Shown here piece by piece: positions 11,455-19,691 of a DNA stretch of 64,000 bases. The position numbers and the translations under genes were made by a program. Numbering within the stretch: position 1 is the first letter of the stretch; each line of letters begins with the position of its first letter. The stretch is from positions 3,743 through 67,742 of the forward strand of contig BPHZ01000011.1 in the NCBI GenBank assembly GCA_026003835.1, written 5' to 3'. A model generated the notes under the pieces. That model ran no database searches. It had not been told where the DNA came from and saw only the letters and a program-made list of their open reading frames with translations. Source of the DNA: Herpetosiphonaceae bacterium (GTDB lineage: Bacteria > Chloroflexota > Chloroflexia > Chloroflexales > Herpetosiphonaceae).

Positions 11455-12843
11455 CGTCTCTTCAGCGAGCGCGACCGTTCAATTCAGGAGCTCAGCACGC
11501 TGAATAAGATCGGCCAGGCGCTGGGCTCGACCGTCCGCTTCGAAGATCTGCTGCAAGTCATCTACGAGCAGACCAGTCTGCTGCTGGATACAACCAATTT
11601 CTACATGGCGCTCTATGACGAACGCCGCTATCAGGTCTCGTATCCGTTCTTCTATGAGCACGGCCAGCCGATCTCGATCCCATCCCATCGTTTGGGCAAA
11701 GGCCTGACCGATTATGTTATTTCAACCCGCCAGCCACTGCTAATTACCGAGCGCTTCGAGGAGTTCTTACACGAACATAACATTCAGCTGATCGACGAGC
11801 CGGCGCGCTCGTGGTTGGGTGTGCCGATGATCGCTGCCGATAAAGTTGTCGGCGTCATTGGTATCCAGGACTATGAGCACGAGCACGCCTACGGCGAAAA
11901 CGAGGTCCGGCTGCTATCGACGATCGCAAACCAGGCAGCGCAAGCGCTGGAGAACGCCCGCCTCTTCACCGAGTCGCGCGAGAGCGTCCGCGAGCTGTCA
12001 ACGCTCTCTGAGACGAGCGTCTCGCTTGCCGGGACCCTTGAGATCGAGGAGATTCTCACCATCGGCGCGAGCAGCGCGATGGAGCTTGCCCGCTCCGATG
12101 TCGGCGGAATCTTCCTGATCGAGGAAAACGAGGGAAGCCTGGAGCTTGGCGAGGCAATCTTCCTCGACCAACTCCGGATGGAGATCCCGCCGGATGAGGT
12201 ACGCCTAAAGCTTTTGCGTACACTGGACCGGCTCGATCCGCTGCGTGAGGGACAGCCGGTGCGAGTCGCCGATGCACAGGATGATCCTTCGCTGATAGGG
12301 CTGGCACGCAAGCTTAAGGTACGCGGCCTGGCAATCCTGCCAATCCTCAAGGAGCAGCGCCTGGGTGGGGCTATGCTGATCGGCGCTATCCAGCCTCGCG
12401 AGTTCGAGGAGCGGGCTATCGCCAGCCTCAACATCCTTGGCGCGCAGGTAGGCCAGGCTATCGAGAATGCGCAGCTCTTCGCGCAGATTCGACGCTTCAA
12501 TAGCGAGCTGGAGGAGATGGTGGCGCAGCGCACGCAGGCGCTGGCAGAAGCCAACGCTATGCTCACGATCGAGAAGGAACGCATCGAGGCGCTGCATACC
12601 ATCGCCACTGAGCTCAGCGCCACGCTCGAACTCAACGAGGTGCTGTTGCGTACGCTCGACCTGGCTTCGAAAGCGCTCAATGTCAACCATGGCTCAATCG
12701 TGCTCCATGACGCTGAGAACGACAAATTCATCTGTCGGGCGGTGCTGGGGAGGAACGGTAGAGCCGAAGCGGCGGACTACGAAGTACCCCCTGGAGAAAG
12801 GGCGAGGGCTGGCGAGCTGGATCATCAACCACCCCGAGGCTGA
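10804..12843 (+). CDS. multi-GAF sensor histidine kinase, middle fragment
   Basis: 679-aa ORF-track product with four further GAF modules and linkers ANARLFRERE, ANARLFSERD, ENARLFTESR, ENAQLFAQIR. The frame becomes non-authentic after ~12750 (run gggg at 12747-12750). Confidence 0.85.
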   Translation: MPIIAGDEVLGVINIQSYERYAYSQQDLNFVSTVAGQAAAAIANARLFRERERRIRELDAINRISRAVTSTLDLQSVLERLHHGLGEIIDVSTSFIGLYDARTNILSYPICYDSGQPVHFDPIPLRGGITRWGIINRQPVLVDSAEEAASYEQDAQIARVGIEGKVEQSFLVVPIIAGDEVLGVINIQSYERNAFTHHDLNFVSTVAGQAAAAIANARLFSERDRSIQELSTLNKIGQALGSTVRFEDLLQVIYEQTSLLLDTTNFYMALYDERRYQVSYPFFYEHGQPISIPSHRLGKGLTDYVISTRQPLLITERFEEFLHEHNIQLIDEPARSWLGVPMIAADKVVGVIGIQDYEHEHAYGENEVRLLSTIANQAAQALENARLFTESRESVRELSTLSETSVSLAGTLEIEEILTIGASSAMELARSDVGGIFLIEENEGSLELGEAIFLDQLRMEIPPDEVRLKLLRTLDRLDPLREGQPVRVADAQDDPSLIGLARKLKVRGLAILPILKEQRLGGAMLIGAIQPREFEERAIASLNILGAQVGQAIENAQLFAQIRRFNSELEEMVAQRTQALAEANAMLTIEKERIEALHTIATELSATLELNEVLLRTLDLASKALNVNHGSIVLHDAENDKFICRAVLGRNGRAEAADYEVPPGERARAGELDHQPPRG

Positions 12844-14242
12844 AGGGGCGATCATCCATGACACGCTGGAAGACGAGCGCTGGGTGCCGCTGCCGGGCCG
12901 CAGTGAAGGAGCACGCGCGGTCATCGCCGTTCCGCTGATGTCGTCGGATACCGTTGTCGGCGTGCTGATGTTTACCAGCAGCCAGCCAGGATCCTTCACC
13001 TCCGACCATCTGCGCTTCCTGCGCACGATTGGCACTGAGGTCTCCGCAGCGTTGCATAACGCCGAGCTGTACAAGCTGGTGCTTGACAGCGCCGACCGCC
13101 TTTCGGCTGCGCTTATGCAGCAGAAGGAGGAGGCCGGCAAGCGCGAGGCTATCCTCCGCTCTGTCTCGGAAGGCGTCATGGTGCTCGATCAATCCGGCAC
13201 GATCATTCTCTACAATCCGGCGGCAGAGCGTGTGCTCCAGGTGCCCGCAGACCAGGTCATCGGGCAGACGCTGCAAATCTTCGCCCGCTATCAAGGCGAT
13301 AGCGAGAGCGAGGGCGGCGCGGATCGCGCGCTGCTGATCTATACTGGTCTTCAGGAGGGATTGCGCGCCGTTGACAGCAACGATCAGGTCTACTCGTCGA
13401 CAATTAGCCTTGGGGGGCAGACGATCAACGCCAGTTTTGCGCCAGTTACCAGCGCCGACGGCAGCAGGCTCGGCGTCGTCGTGGTGCTGCGCGATATCAC
13501 CCGTGAGATCGAGGCCGATCGCGCGAAGCGCGACTTTATCTCCATGGTCTCGCACGAACTGCGCACGCCGCTGACACCAATCCGCGGCTATGTCGATCTG
13601 ATGCTGCTTGGCGCAGTGGGCGAGATCACCGATACCCAGCGCGACTGTCTCAATGCTATCAAGAAGAATATGCTACGTATGCTTTCGCTGGTCGAAGACT
13701 TGCTGGAGATCGGCCGTATTGAAGCGGGCAAGATCAAGCTCGACATCACGCTCCTAGATATCGCAAGCTCGATCAATGAGATCGTTGGCATGCTGAAGCC
13801 AATGATCGATTCCAAAGAGATGAATCTGACGATCGAGATCCCGCCTGACTTGCCGCAAATTGAGGCTGACAGCAAGCGTATCGGGCAGGTGCTTACTAAT
13901 ATGATCTCAAACGCGATCAAATACACCTTTGCGCGCGGGAATATCTGGGTGCGCGCCTTCACACGAGATGACGATTTTGTCCAGATCGAAGTGCAAGATA
14001 CTGGTGTCGGCATCAAGCCGGAGGATATGAAGAAGCTCTTTACACGCTTCTTCCGCACAGATAACCCTCTGCGCGATGAGGCGGGCGGCACGGGCCTGGG
14101 CCTCTCAATCGCCAAATCATTCGTCGAGATGCATGGGGGCGAGATGTGGGTTGAGAGTGAGCTTAATGTCGGCAGCACCTTTAAAGTCGCGCTGCCTATT
14201 CGCCAGCCGCGTCCTGAGCTCGACGCTCCGCAGGATCCCTAG
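12467..14242 (+). CDS. multi-GAF sensor histidine kinase, C-terminal fragment (last GAF, PAS, HisKA, HATPase_c)
   Basis: This frame is authentic from ~12750: YPLEKGRGLASWIINH...VGVLMF (GAF), SEGVMVLDQSGTIILYNPAAERVL (PAS), H-box MVSHELRTPLTPI, and ATP-lid DTGVGI...GGTGLGLSIAKSFVEMHGG. The frame equals that of 6278. Confidence 0.9.
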   Translation: MRSSSRRFDASIASWRRWWRSARRRWQKPTLCSRSRRNASRRCIPSPLSSAPRSNSTRCCCVRSTWLRKRSMSTMAQSCSMTLRTTNSSVGRCWGGTVEPKRRTTKYPLEKGRGLASWIINHPEAEGAIIHDTLEDERWVPLPGRSEGARAVIAVPLMSSDTVVGVLMFTSSQPGSFTSDHLRFLRTIGTEVSAALHNAELYKLVLDSADRLSAALMQQKEEAGKREAILRSVSEGVMVLDQSGTIILYNPAAERVLQVPADQVIGQTLQIFARYQGDSESEGGADRALLIYTGLQEGLRAVDSNDQVYSSTISLGGQTINASFAPVTSADGSRLGVVVVLRDITREIEADRAKRDFISMVSHELRTPLTPIRGYVDLMLLGAVGEITDTQRDCLNAIKKNMLRMLSLVEDLLEIGRIEAGKIKLDITLLDIASSINEIVGMLKPMIDSKEMNLTIEIPPDLPQIEADSKRIGQVLTNMISNAIKYTFARGNIWVRAFTRDDDFVQIEVQDTGVGIKPEDMKKLFTRFFRTDNPLRDEAGGTGLGLSIAKSFVEMHGGEMWVESELNVGSTFKVALPIRQPRPELDAPQDP

Positions 14243-14319
14243 GATCTTTAAGGTGTCGCTGCCTGAGATCCTCCACCACAACAGGCAGTCCATAGCAGGC
14301 ATGGAGTATTAGCAGCCGA

Positions 14320-15153
14320 ATGAGCGCAGTTATCCTCGATAATAGCCTGGTCCACTACGAAGTTTTCGGCCGCGGCCAGCCGGTCATCTTCCTTCACAGC
14401 TGGCTCGGCTCATGGCGTTACTGGGTGCCGCTGATGGAAGCCATCGCCGATCGCTACCGCACCTACGCCATCGACTTCTGGGGCTTCGGCGACTCGGATC
14501 GCTCGCGCAAGAATTACTCGATCCCGGACTATGTGGACCAGGTCATCGGTTTTATGCGCGAGTTGGGTATCGCCAGGGCCAACCTCGTCGGCCACGGGCT
14601 GGGAGGAATGGTCGCCATCAGGGCTGCTACCGAGCGGCCTGAGAACTTTCTCAAGGTGGTGGCGGCCTGTACGCCAGTGATCGGCGAGTCGCTGACAGCG
14701 CTGGTGAAGCCGGGAACTCTGGCGCGGCTCTTCGGCCGTGGCAGCTCCGCTGATGTCTGGATCAAGCTGCTGCGGCAGGTTGAAGTTGGCGGCGAGGCAA
14801 TGGATGAGGTTATTGAGGATACAGCCAGCACCAGCACTGCTGTCGTCGAAAAGGTTCTCGACTCCGTGATCGAGGCGGATCTCCGATCCGATCTGCGGCG
14901 GCTGCAAGTCCCGGCGCTGGGAATCTATGCCGAGAAAGACACGATCGTCTCTATCGACCAGATACGACAGTTCGAGGACAACGCCACCAACCACCAGGCG
15001 ATCCTTATCCCCAAGGGCACCCACTTCCCCTTCCTCGACCAGACCAATACCATCGCCCGGCTGCTGCTCGAGTTCTTTGCCAGCCAGGGCACAACCCCAG
15101 TACAGATTAAAGAACAGTGGAAGCGGCGGACCAGCCAGCTGGAATACTTGTAG
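14320..15153 (+). CDS. alpha/beta-hydrolase-fold protein lacking the nucleophile serine
   Basis: 277-aa ORF with HSWLGS oxyanion region. The nucleophile elbow reads LVGHGLGGMVA (G-H-G-L-G instead of G-x-S-x-G). Downstream acid and His positions (EKDTIV, GTHFPFLD) are retained. Confidence 0.8.
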   Translation: MSAVILDNSLVHYEVFGRGQPVIFLHSWLGSWRYWVPLMEAIADRYRTYAIDFWGFGDSDRSRKNYSIPDYVDQVIGFMRELGIARANLVGHGLGGMVAIRAATERPENFLKVVAACTPVIGESLTALVKPGTLARLFGRGSSADVWIKLLRQVEVGGEAMDEVIEDTASTSTAVVEKVLDSVIEADLRSDLRRLQVPALGIYAEKDTIVSIDQIRQFEDNATNHQAILIPKGTHFPFLDQTNTIARLLLEFFASQGTTPVQIKEQWKRRTSQLEYL

Positions 15154-15204
15154 TTATACGTACTCCGCGATTCGCCGTACAACAGGCTGTAGCGCCCAGC
15201 TTGT

Positions 15205-16230
15205 CTAGTCCTTGCTCTTCAACCTCGGGTCGAGGGCGTCACGCAGACCGTCACCCAGCAGATTAATACCAAGGACCGTCAGCATAATTGCCAGACCGGG
15301 GAAGGTGATATACCACCAGCTTCCCTGGAGCAAATACTGCCTGGCATCGGCCAACATTCTGCCCCACTCCGGGCGCGGGCGCTGGGCGCCCAGGCCCAGG
15401 AAGCTCAACGCCGCAACGCTAATAATAGCAGTAGCAATGCTGAGCGTCGCCTGTACCAGCATTGGCGCCAGGCTATTAGGCAGAATATGGCGGAACAGCG
15501 TGCGTGGGCCACTGACACCAAGCGCCGTGGCCGCAGTGACATACTCCTGGTGGCGAACCGCAATCACGGTCGAGCGGGCGATACGCCCAAAGATGGGGAT
15601 CTCCACAATAGCGACGGCCAGCATTGCGTTGAACAGCTGTGGGTCGAAGATCGTACGCAGGACCGGGAGCGAGCTAACGGCATTGCCCAAGCGCGACGTA
15701 AAGGCAGTGGGGCTATTGCTGGCCGAAACGATGGCGATCGCCAGCAGGATACTTGGGAATGCCAGCAGAATATCCATCACCCAGGAGGCAACCGTATCGA
15801 ACCAGCCGCCCAGATAGCCGGCGATCAGTCCCAGGAGTGAGCCGAAGACCACCGCCATTGAGACAGTGAAGAGGCCCGCTGTTAGAGAGATCGGGGTGCC
15901 ATGAAGCACACGGCGAAAGATATCACGGCCGAGGTCATCGGTGCCGAATGGGTGCTCCAGCAGATCGATATTTTTCTGCTCGCGTACATCCTCGCTCAAT
16001 AGCCAGCTCGGCTTCAAGAGCCGGCGTGGAAAGTTGCGATCCGTGGCTGGATTGTAGGGCATCAGCAGCGGGATGAATATCGCAATCAGGACCAGGAAGA
16101 TGGTAATGCCAAGGCCAATGCGGCCGGATGAGCTACGCAGCAGACGCCGCCAGGCATCGCCCCATAGGCCGCGCTGCCGCCGCTGATCGAGGGTCACGAC
16201 GCCTTCAGCTGTTGTAACAGATGATGACAT
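15205..16230 (-). CDS. ABC transporter permease (DppC/OppC-like)
   Basis: Multi-TM ORF with the conserved loop EYVTAATALGVSGPRTLFRHILPNSLAP. Start taken at MSSSVTT (16230), 19 nt after the upstream permease stop; the maximal ORF extends to 16275. Confidence 0.85.
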   Translation of the reverse strand: MSSSVTTAEGVVTLDQRRQRGLWGDAWRRLLRSSSGRIGLGITIFLVLIAIFIPLLMPYNPATDRNFPRRLLKPSWLLSEDVREQKNIDLLEHPFGTDDLGRDIFRRVLHGTPISLTAGLFTVSMAVVFGSLLGLIAGYLGGWFDTVASWVMDILLAFPSILLAIAIVSASNSPTAFTSRLGNAVSSLPVLRTIFDPQLFNAMLAVAIVEIPIFGRIARSTVIAVRHQEYVTAATALGVSGPRTLFRHILPNSLAPMLVQATLSIATAIISVAALSFLGLGAQRPRPEWGRMLADARQYLLQGSWWYITFPGLAIMLTVLGINLLGDGLRDALDPRLKSKD

Positions 16231-16249
16231 ATCGGGTCCTAACAGAATC

Positions 16250-17293
16250 TTATGTGTAATGGATCCTCGGATCAAGGAACGCGTAGGAGAGATCGACGAG
16301 CAGGTTGACGATCACAAAGATCAGCGCTACAAAGATCACGCCGCCCTGGACAATCGGATAATCACGGCCAAGGATCGCATCCAGCAGCCATGTTCCGATA
16401 CCCGGCCAGGAGAAAACCGTCTCGGTCAGGATAGCGCCGGAGAGCAGCAGACCGGCCTGCAGGCCAATAACCGTCACGACCGGCAGCAGGGCGTTGCGCA
16501 GCGCATGGCGGACAATCACAATGCGACCATGGAGCCCCTTGGCGCGCGCTGTACGGATGTAATCCTGTCCGAGGACTTCCAGCATTGATGAGCGGGTCAT
16601 TCTGGCGATAATCGCCAGCGGCACTGTCGAAAGCACAAAGGCCGGCATGATCAAATGCTTGAGCGCATTCAGCGTCACCTCCGGCCGGCCGCGCAGCAGG
16701 CCATCGATGGTATAAAGACCAGTAATATTCTGAAAACCACGAGCCAGATCTGGATCGAGCCGGGTGCTGATCGGCAAGATGCGCCAGTTGATCGCAAACA
16801 GATACTGGAACATCAGGCCCAGCCAGAAGATAGGAATGGAAACGCCGAGCAGCGCAACAATAAGCGCAGAGGCATCAGTGAAGGAGCCGCGCTTGATGGC
16901 GGCAACAATGCCCAGCGGAACGCCAAGCAAGATCGCGATAAACAGCGCCGTAACCGTCAGCTCAACGGTGGCCGGGAAGCGCTCCCGAAGCTCGGTCAGC
17001 ACCGGCCTGCGATGCAGCAGCGAGTCGCCCAGATCCAGACGGAGGAGATCGCCCATAAAGTCAACGTATTGGGTATCGAATAGCTCATCCGGGTTCTCAA
17101 GATTGAGAAAGAGTGGCCGGTCCAGGCCCAACTGCTGGCGAAGCTGAGCGCGCTGCTGTGGCGAGGCGCGCTCACCCAGGATCGTAATGGTGATGTCGCC
17201 GGGGATGATCCGCAGCAGAAGGAAGACAACCAGAGAGATGCCGAAGATAACCGGGATCAGCCCAAGCAAGCGACGAATTGTATAGCGTAGCAT
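16250..17293 (-). CDS. ABC transporter permease (DppB/OppB-like)
   Basis: 347-aa ORF with an N-terminal MLRYTIRRLLGLIPVIFGISLVVF and the conserved loop YIRTARAKGLHGRIVIVRHALRNALLPVVT. Confidence 0.9.
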   Translation of the reverse strand: MLRYTIRRLLGLIPVIFGISLVVFLLLRIIPGDITITILGERASPQQRAQLRQQLGLDRPLFLNLENPDELFDTQYVDFMGDLLRLDLGDSLLHRRPVLTELRERFPATVELTVTALFIAILLGVPLGIVAAIKRGSFTDASALIVALLGVSIPIFWLGLMFQYLFAINWRILPISTRLDPDLARGFQNITGLYTIDGLLRGRPEVTLNALKHLIMPAFVLSTVPLAIIARMTRSSMLEVLGQDYIRTARAKGLHGRIVIVRHALRNALLPVVTVIGLQAGLLLSGAILTETVFSWPGIGTWLLDAILGRDYPIVQGGVIFVALIFVIVNLLVDLSYAFLDPRIHYT

Positions 17294-17306
17294 ATGACTT
17301 CAGGAT

Positions 17307-17335
17307 GGGATGGGCGTCGCAGGGACGCCCATCCC
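17307..17335 (-). promoter_or_regulatory. 12-bp perfect intercistronic stem-loop between the SBP and permease genes
   Basis: GGGATGGGCGTC (17307-17318), loop gcagg, GACGCCCATCCC (17324-17335). It lies in the 69-nt gap between the stop at 17363 and the start at 17293. Confidence 0.6.
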
Positions 17336-17342
17336 GCTTCCG

Positions 17343-17361
17343 AAAACGCCCAGAGGGCGCC
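17343..17361 (-). terminator. small terminator-like hairpin with U-tract directly after the SBP stop codon
   Basis: The minus strand reads UAG-CG-GCGCCC-UCU-GGGCG-UUUU: a 5-6 bp GC stem followed by four U. Confidence 0.4.
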
Positions 17362-17362
17362 G

Positions 17363-19147
17363 CTACTTCTCGATAAAGATCGATGCGAAGGGCTCGCCGC
17401 CGGTTGGGTTAGGCACCCAGCCCTCAAGAGCCTGCTTCGCGGCATAGACGGGAGGTGAGTGAACAATCGGCAGACGCGGCAGATCCTGGTTGATCATCCT
17501 GCCGGCCTCCTTGAAGAGCTCCGCCGACTCCTCCTGGCTGGGGGCCGCAGCAGCCTGCTTCAGCAGATCCCAGACCTGCTGGTTAACATAGCCCGCCTCG
17601 TCGGCGTTGCCGGGGCCGAAGTGGGTGAAGAGGAAGTTGTTCGGATCAGCATAGTCACCGGTCCAGCCGAGCATAACCAGACCATGCTTCCTACCGGCAT
17701 CCCAGTTATCCAGGTAGACGCCCCAGTCCTCGGTCTTGAGTTCGACGTTGATGCCAACCTCAGCCAGGTAAGAGGCATAGGCCTCGGCCACCGGCTGCGG
17801 GGTTGGATAGTAGGGGCGCGAGACCGGCATATACCACAGCTCAAGCGGCAGTTCAGTGCCGTCGGTCAGGGTCATCGTGCTAAAGCCGTCGGGATAGCCT
17901 GCCTCGGCCAGCAACTCGCGCGCCCGCTCCGGGTTATAGTCATACGTGGTCAGGTCATCCGGTCGCGCCCAGGCCAGACCATCGGGCAGGAAGTCGTGAG
18001 CGACCTCGCCGACGCCGCCGTAGAGGCCCTCAAGGATCGCCTGCCGGTCGATGGCATGAGCGATCGCCTGGCGGACGCGGAGATCGTTCAGCGGCTCGAC
18101 GGTCAGATCGAAGGAGAGGTAGGCAATGTTGAAGGGCTCCAGATCGACAACTTTCAGATTGCCGCTCTGCTCGATCTGCTGGCGGGTATCGGGGGCCAGG
18201 TTGATCGTAAAGTCAACCGCGCCGGACTGAAGCTCGGCGTAGCGCTGGGCCGGATCGCTGATGAAGCGGAAGACGACGCCGGGCATGCGGGCCTTCTCGC
18301 CCCAGTACTCCTCATTGCGCACCAGGGTGACGTTCTCGCCGGGGCGCCACTCCAGGAACTTGAAGGGGCCGGTACCGACAGCACCGCCGTCAGGGGTTCC
18401 GTAGTTGGCGCCAGCCTGCTTGATCGCCTCCGGGCTGGAGATGCCGAAGTACGAAGCGGCGACATAGTTGGGGAAGAGCGGAACCGGCTGCTTGAAGGTG
18501 AACTTCACCGTGTATTCATCGACGGCCTCGACATTCTCATACAGCGTGTTGGGATCGCCTTTGTAGCCGCCGAAGATATCTGGGAAGATCGGGTAGGTCT
18601 TGGGGCTATCGCCGCCGCGGAAGCCGAACTCGAAATCGGGCTCGAGACCGCGCTTGAAGTTGAAGACCACTGCATCGGCGTTGAAGGGCGTGCCATCGTG
18701 GAAGGTGACGCCCTCGCGGAGCTTGAAGGTCCACTCGGTAGAATCTTCGTTGGCCGACCACTCGGTCGCCAGCAGCGGCTGGAGATTGGTGGTGCCGGGC
18801 TCAAAGCCGATCAGCGGCTCCTCAATCTGGCGGGTGACGATGAGCGCTGTGCCGGCGGTGGTGTTCATCGAGTCAAGGCTATCGGGCTCGCCGGAGCCGC
18901 CGAAGACCAGGAATTTGCTTGTATCGCCAGTTGTTGGAGGCTCAGTCGCCGCAGGCTCGGTTGCCGCAGGCTCAGTTGCCGCAGGGGGCTGCGTCGCCTG
19001 CGCCTCTGGAGTTGTGCCGCCGGTTGTACCGGTGGTCGGGGTTGCAGCCCCTGGGCCGCCGCATGCCGCCAGGATCGGAATGATCAGCACCAGCAGCAGT
19101 ACCAGAGCAAAAGGAGAAAACCACCGTCGATGGTGTCGACTCCTCAT
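17363..19147 (-). CDS. ABC transporter substrate-binding lipoprotein, family 5 (peptide/nickel, DppA/OppA-like)
   Basis: 594-aa ORF with signal peptide and lipobox ILAACGG and a T/P/A-rich linker with an AATEP x3 repeat. The family-5 SBP body is recognisable throughout (FLVFGGSGEPDSLD, TFHDGTPFNADAVVFN, etc.). Confidence 0.9.
   Translation of the reverse strand: MRSRHHRRWFSPFALVLLLVLIIPILAACGGPGAATPTTGTTGGTTPEAQATQPPAATEPAATEPAATEPPTTGDTSKFLVFGGSGEPDSLDSMNTTAGTALIVTRQIEEPLIGFEPGTTNLQPLLATEWSANEDSTEWTFKLREGVTFHDGTPFNADAVVFNFKRGLEPDFEFGFRGGDSPKTYPIFPDIFGGYKGDPNTLYENVEAVDEYTVKFTFKQPVPLFPNYVAASYFGISSPEAIKQAGANYGTPDGGAVGTGPFKFLEWRPGENVTLVRNEEYWGEKARMPGVVFRFISDPAQRYAELQSGAVDFTINLAPDTRQQIEQSGNLKVVDLEPFNIAYLSFDLTVEPLNDLRVRQAIAHAIDRQAILEGLYGGVGEVAHDFLPDGLAWARPDDLTTYDYNPERARELLAEAGYPDGFSTMTLTDGTELPLELWYMPVSRPYYPTPQPVAEAYASYLAEVGINVELKTEDWGVYLDNWDAGRKHGLVMLGWTGDYADPNNFLFTHFGPGNADEAGYVNQQVWDLLKQAAAAPSQEESAELFKEAGRMINQDLPRLPIVHSPPVYAAKQALEGWVPNPTGGEPFASIFIEK
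18939..18983 (-). repeat. 3 x 15-nt tandem repeat encoding (AATEP)3 in the SBP linker
   Basis: ggctcagtcgccgca / ggctcggttgccgca / ggctcagttgccgca, head to tail. Confidence 0.9.
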
Positions 19148-19243
19148 ACAATCACTCTCCTTACTTTAGAAACGAGGAACCAGTCTTGAAGGCTAGAGCG
19201 GGTCTTTGTTATCGTCGCGCACCTCCTTTCTCGTTGAATGGAG

Positions 19244-19282
19244 AAAAGGCACCGCTGCGACCTCTCAGCAGATGGCGGTGCC
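19244..19282 (-). terminator. terminator-like hairpin (attenuator candidate) inside the 5' leader of the ABC operon
   Basis: The minus strand reads GGCACCGC-(19 nt)-GCGGUGCC followed immediately by UUUUCU. It lies ~25-60 nt downstream of the predicted -10 and ~100 nt upstream of the start codon at 19147. Confidence 0.45.
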
Positions 19283-19313
19283 GCGACCTCTATGAGAGAG
19301 GTGAATCGTGGGG

Positions 19314-19342
19314 ATTATAACAGAAAGCACTATAGAGGGCAA
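19314..19342 (-). promoter_or_regulatory. sigma-70-type promoter of the ABC importer operon
   Basis: The minus strand reads TTGCCC (19342-19337), 17-nt spacer, TATAAT (19319-19314). Confidence 0.55.
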
Positions 19343-19353
19343 TGTCTGATTCC

Positions 19354-19382
19354 TTGCCATCTTCTTCACATCGTAGTATCAT
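19354..19382 (+). promoter_or_regulatory. divergent promoter for the small lipoprotein gene
   Basis: TTGCCA (19354-19359), 17-nt spacer, TATCAT (19377-19382). An AGGAGG RBS (19417-19422) precedes ATG 19431. Confidence 0.45.
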
Positions 19383-19430
19383 GCCTCGCTGCAATGCGGA
19401 TATGCTGATCCTTTCAAGGAGGCGAACTCA

Positions 19431-19661
19431 ATGGCTGGACGCAAAACAATGACGCTGCTCCTGATCGCGGCGGCCCTGTTGCTTGCAGGCTGCGATACAG
19501 CGGGCGCCCCCGCTACGCCGACGAGCGGACAAGCCGCTTCAACCCCAACGAGCGAAAGCTATCCCTATCCAGTGGTGCCGGGCAATGATGGGCCCGTAAC
19601 ATATCCAGAGCCGAACAGCCAGCCTCCCGTCTTGACACCCTATCCTGAGCCGACACCGTAG
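19431..19661 (+). CDS. small proline-rich lipoprotein (76 aa)
   Basis: Strong RBS and signal peptide with lipobox LLAGC. The mature part is P/T/S-rich with no recognisable domain. Confidence 0.6.
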   Translation: MAGRKTMTLLLIAAALLLAGCDTAGAPATPTSGQAASTPTSESYPYPVVPGNDGPVTYPEPNSQPPVLTPYPEPTP

Positions 19662-19691
19662 CTCGACGATCCCGTACAGCTCCCGGCTACG

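Noticed and set aside
10360-12760. Programmed ribosomal frameshifting or translational recoding in the kinase (and in uvrA)
   Set aside because: There are six separate +1 events in the kinase and three mixed events in uvrA, with no slippery heptamers or stimulatory structures. The unit A versus unit B alignment shows plain inserted bases. Assembly error or pseudogenisation are far more economical explanations.
17459-19189. 576-aa + strand ORF
   Set aside because: It lies entirely antisense to the strongly supported SBP gene (17363..19147). The translation is low-complexity (R/G/A/L-rich) with no motifs, which is a typical GC-rich shadow ORF. The same reasoning applies to 7145..7960, 11889..12731, 12728..13555, 39894..40571, 49641..50333, 52625..53443, 62300..62890 and 63309..63890.
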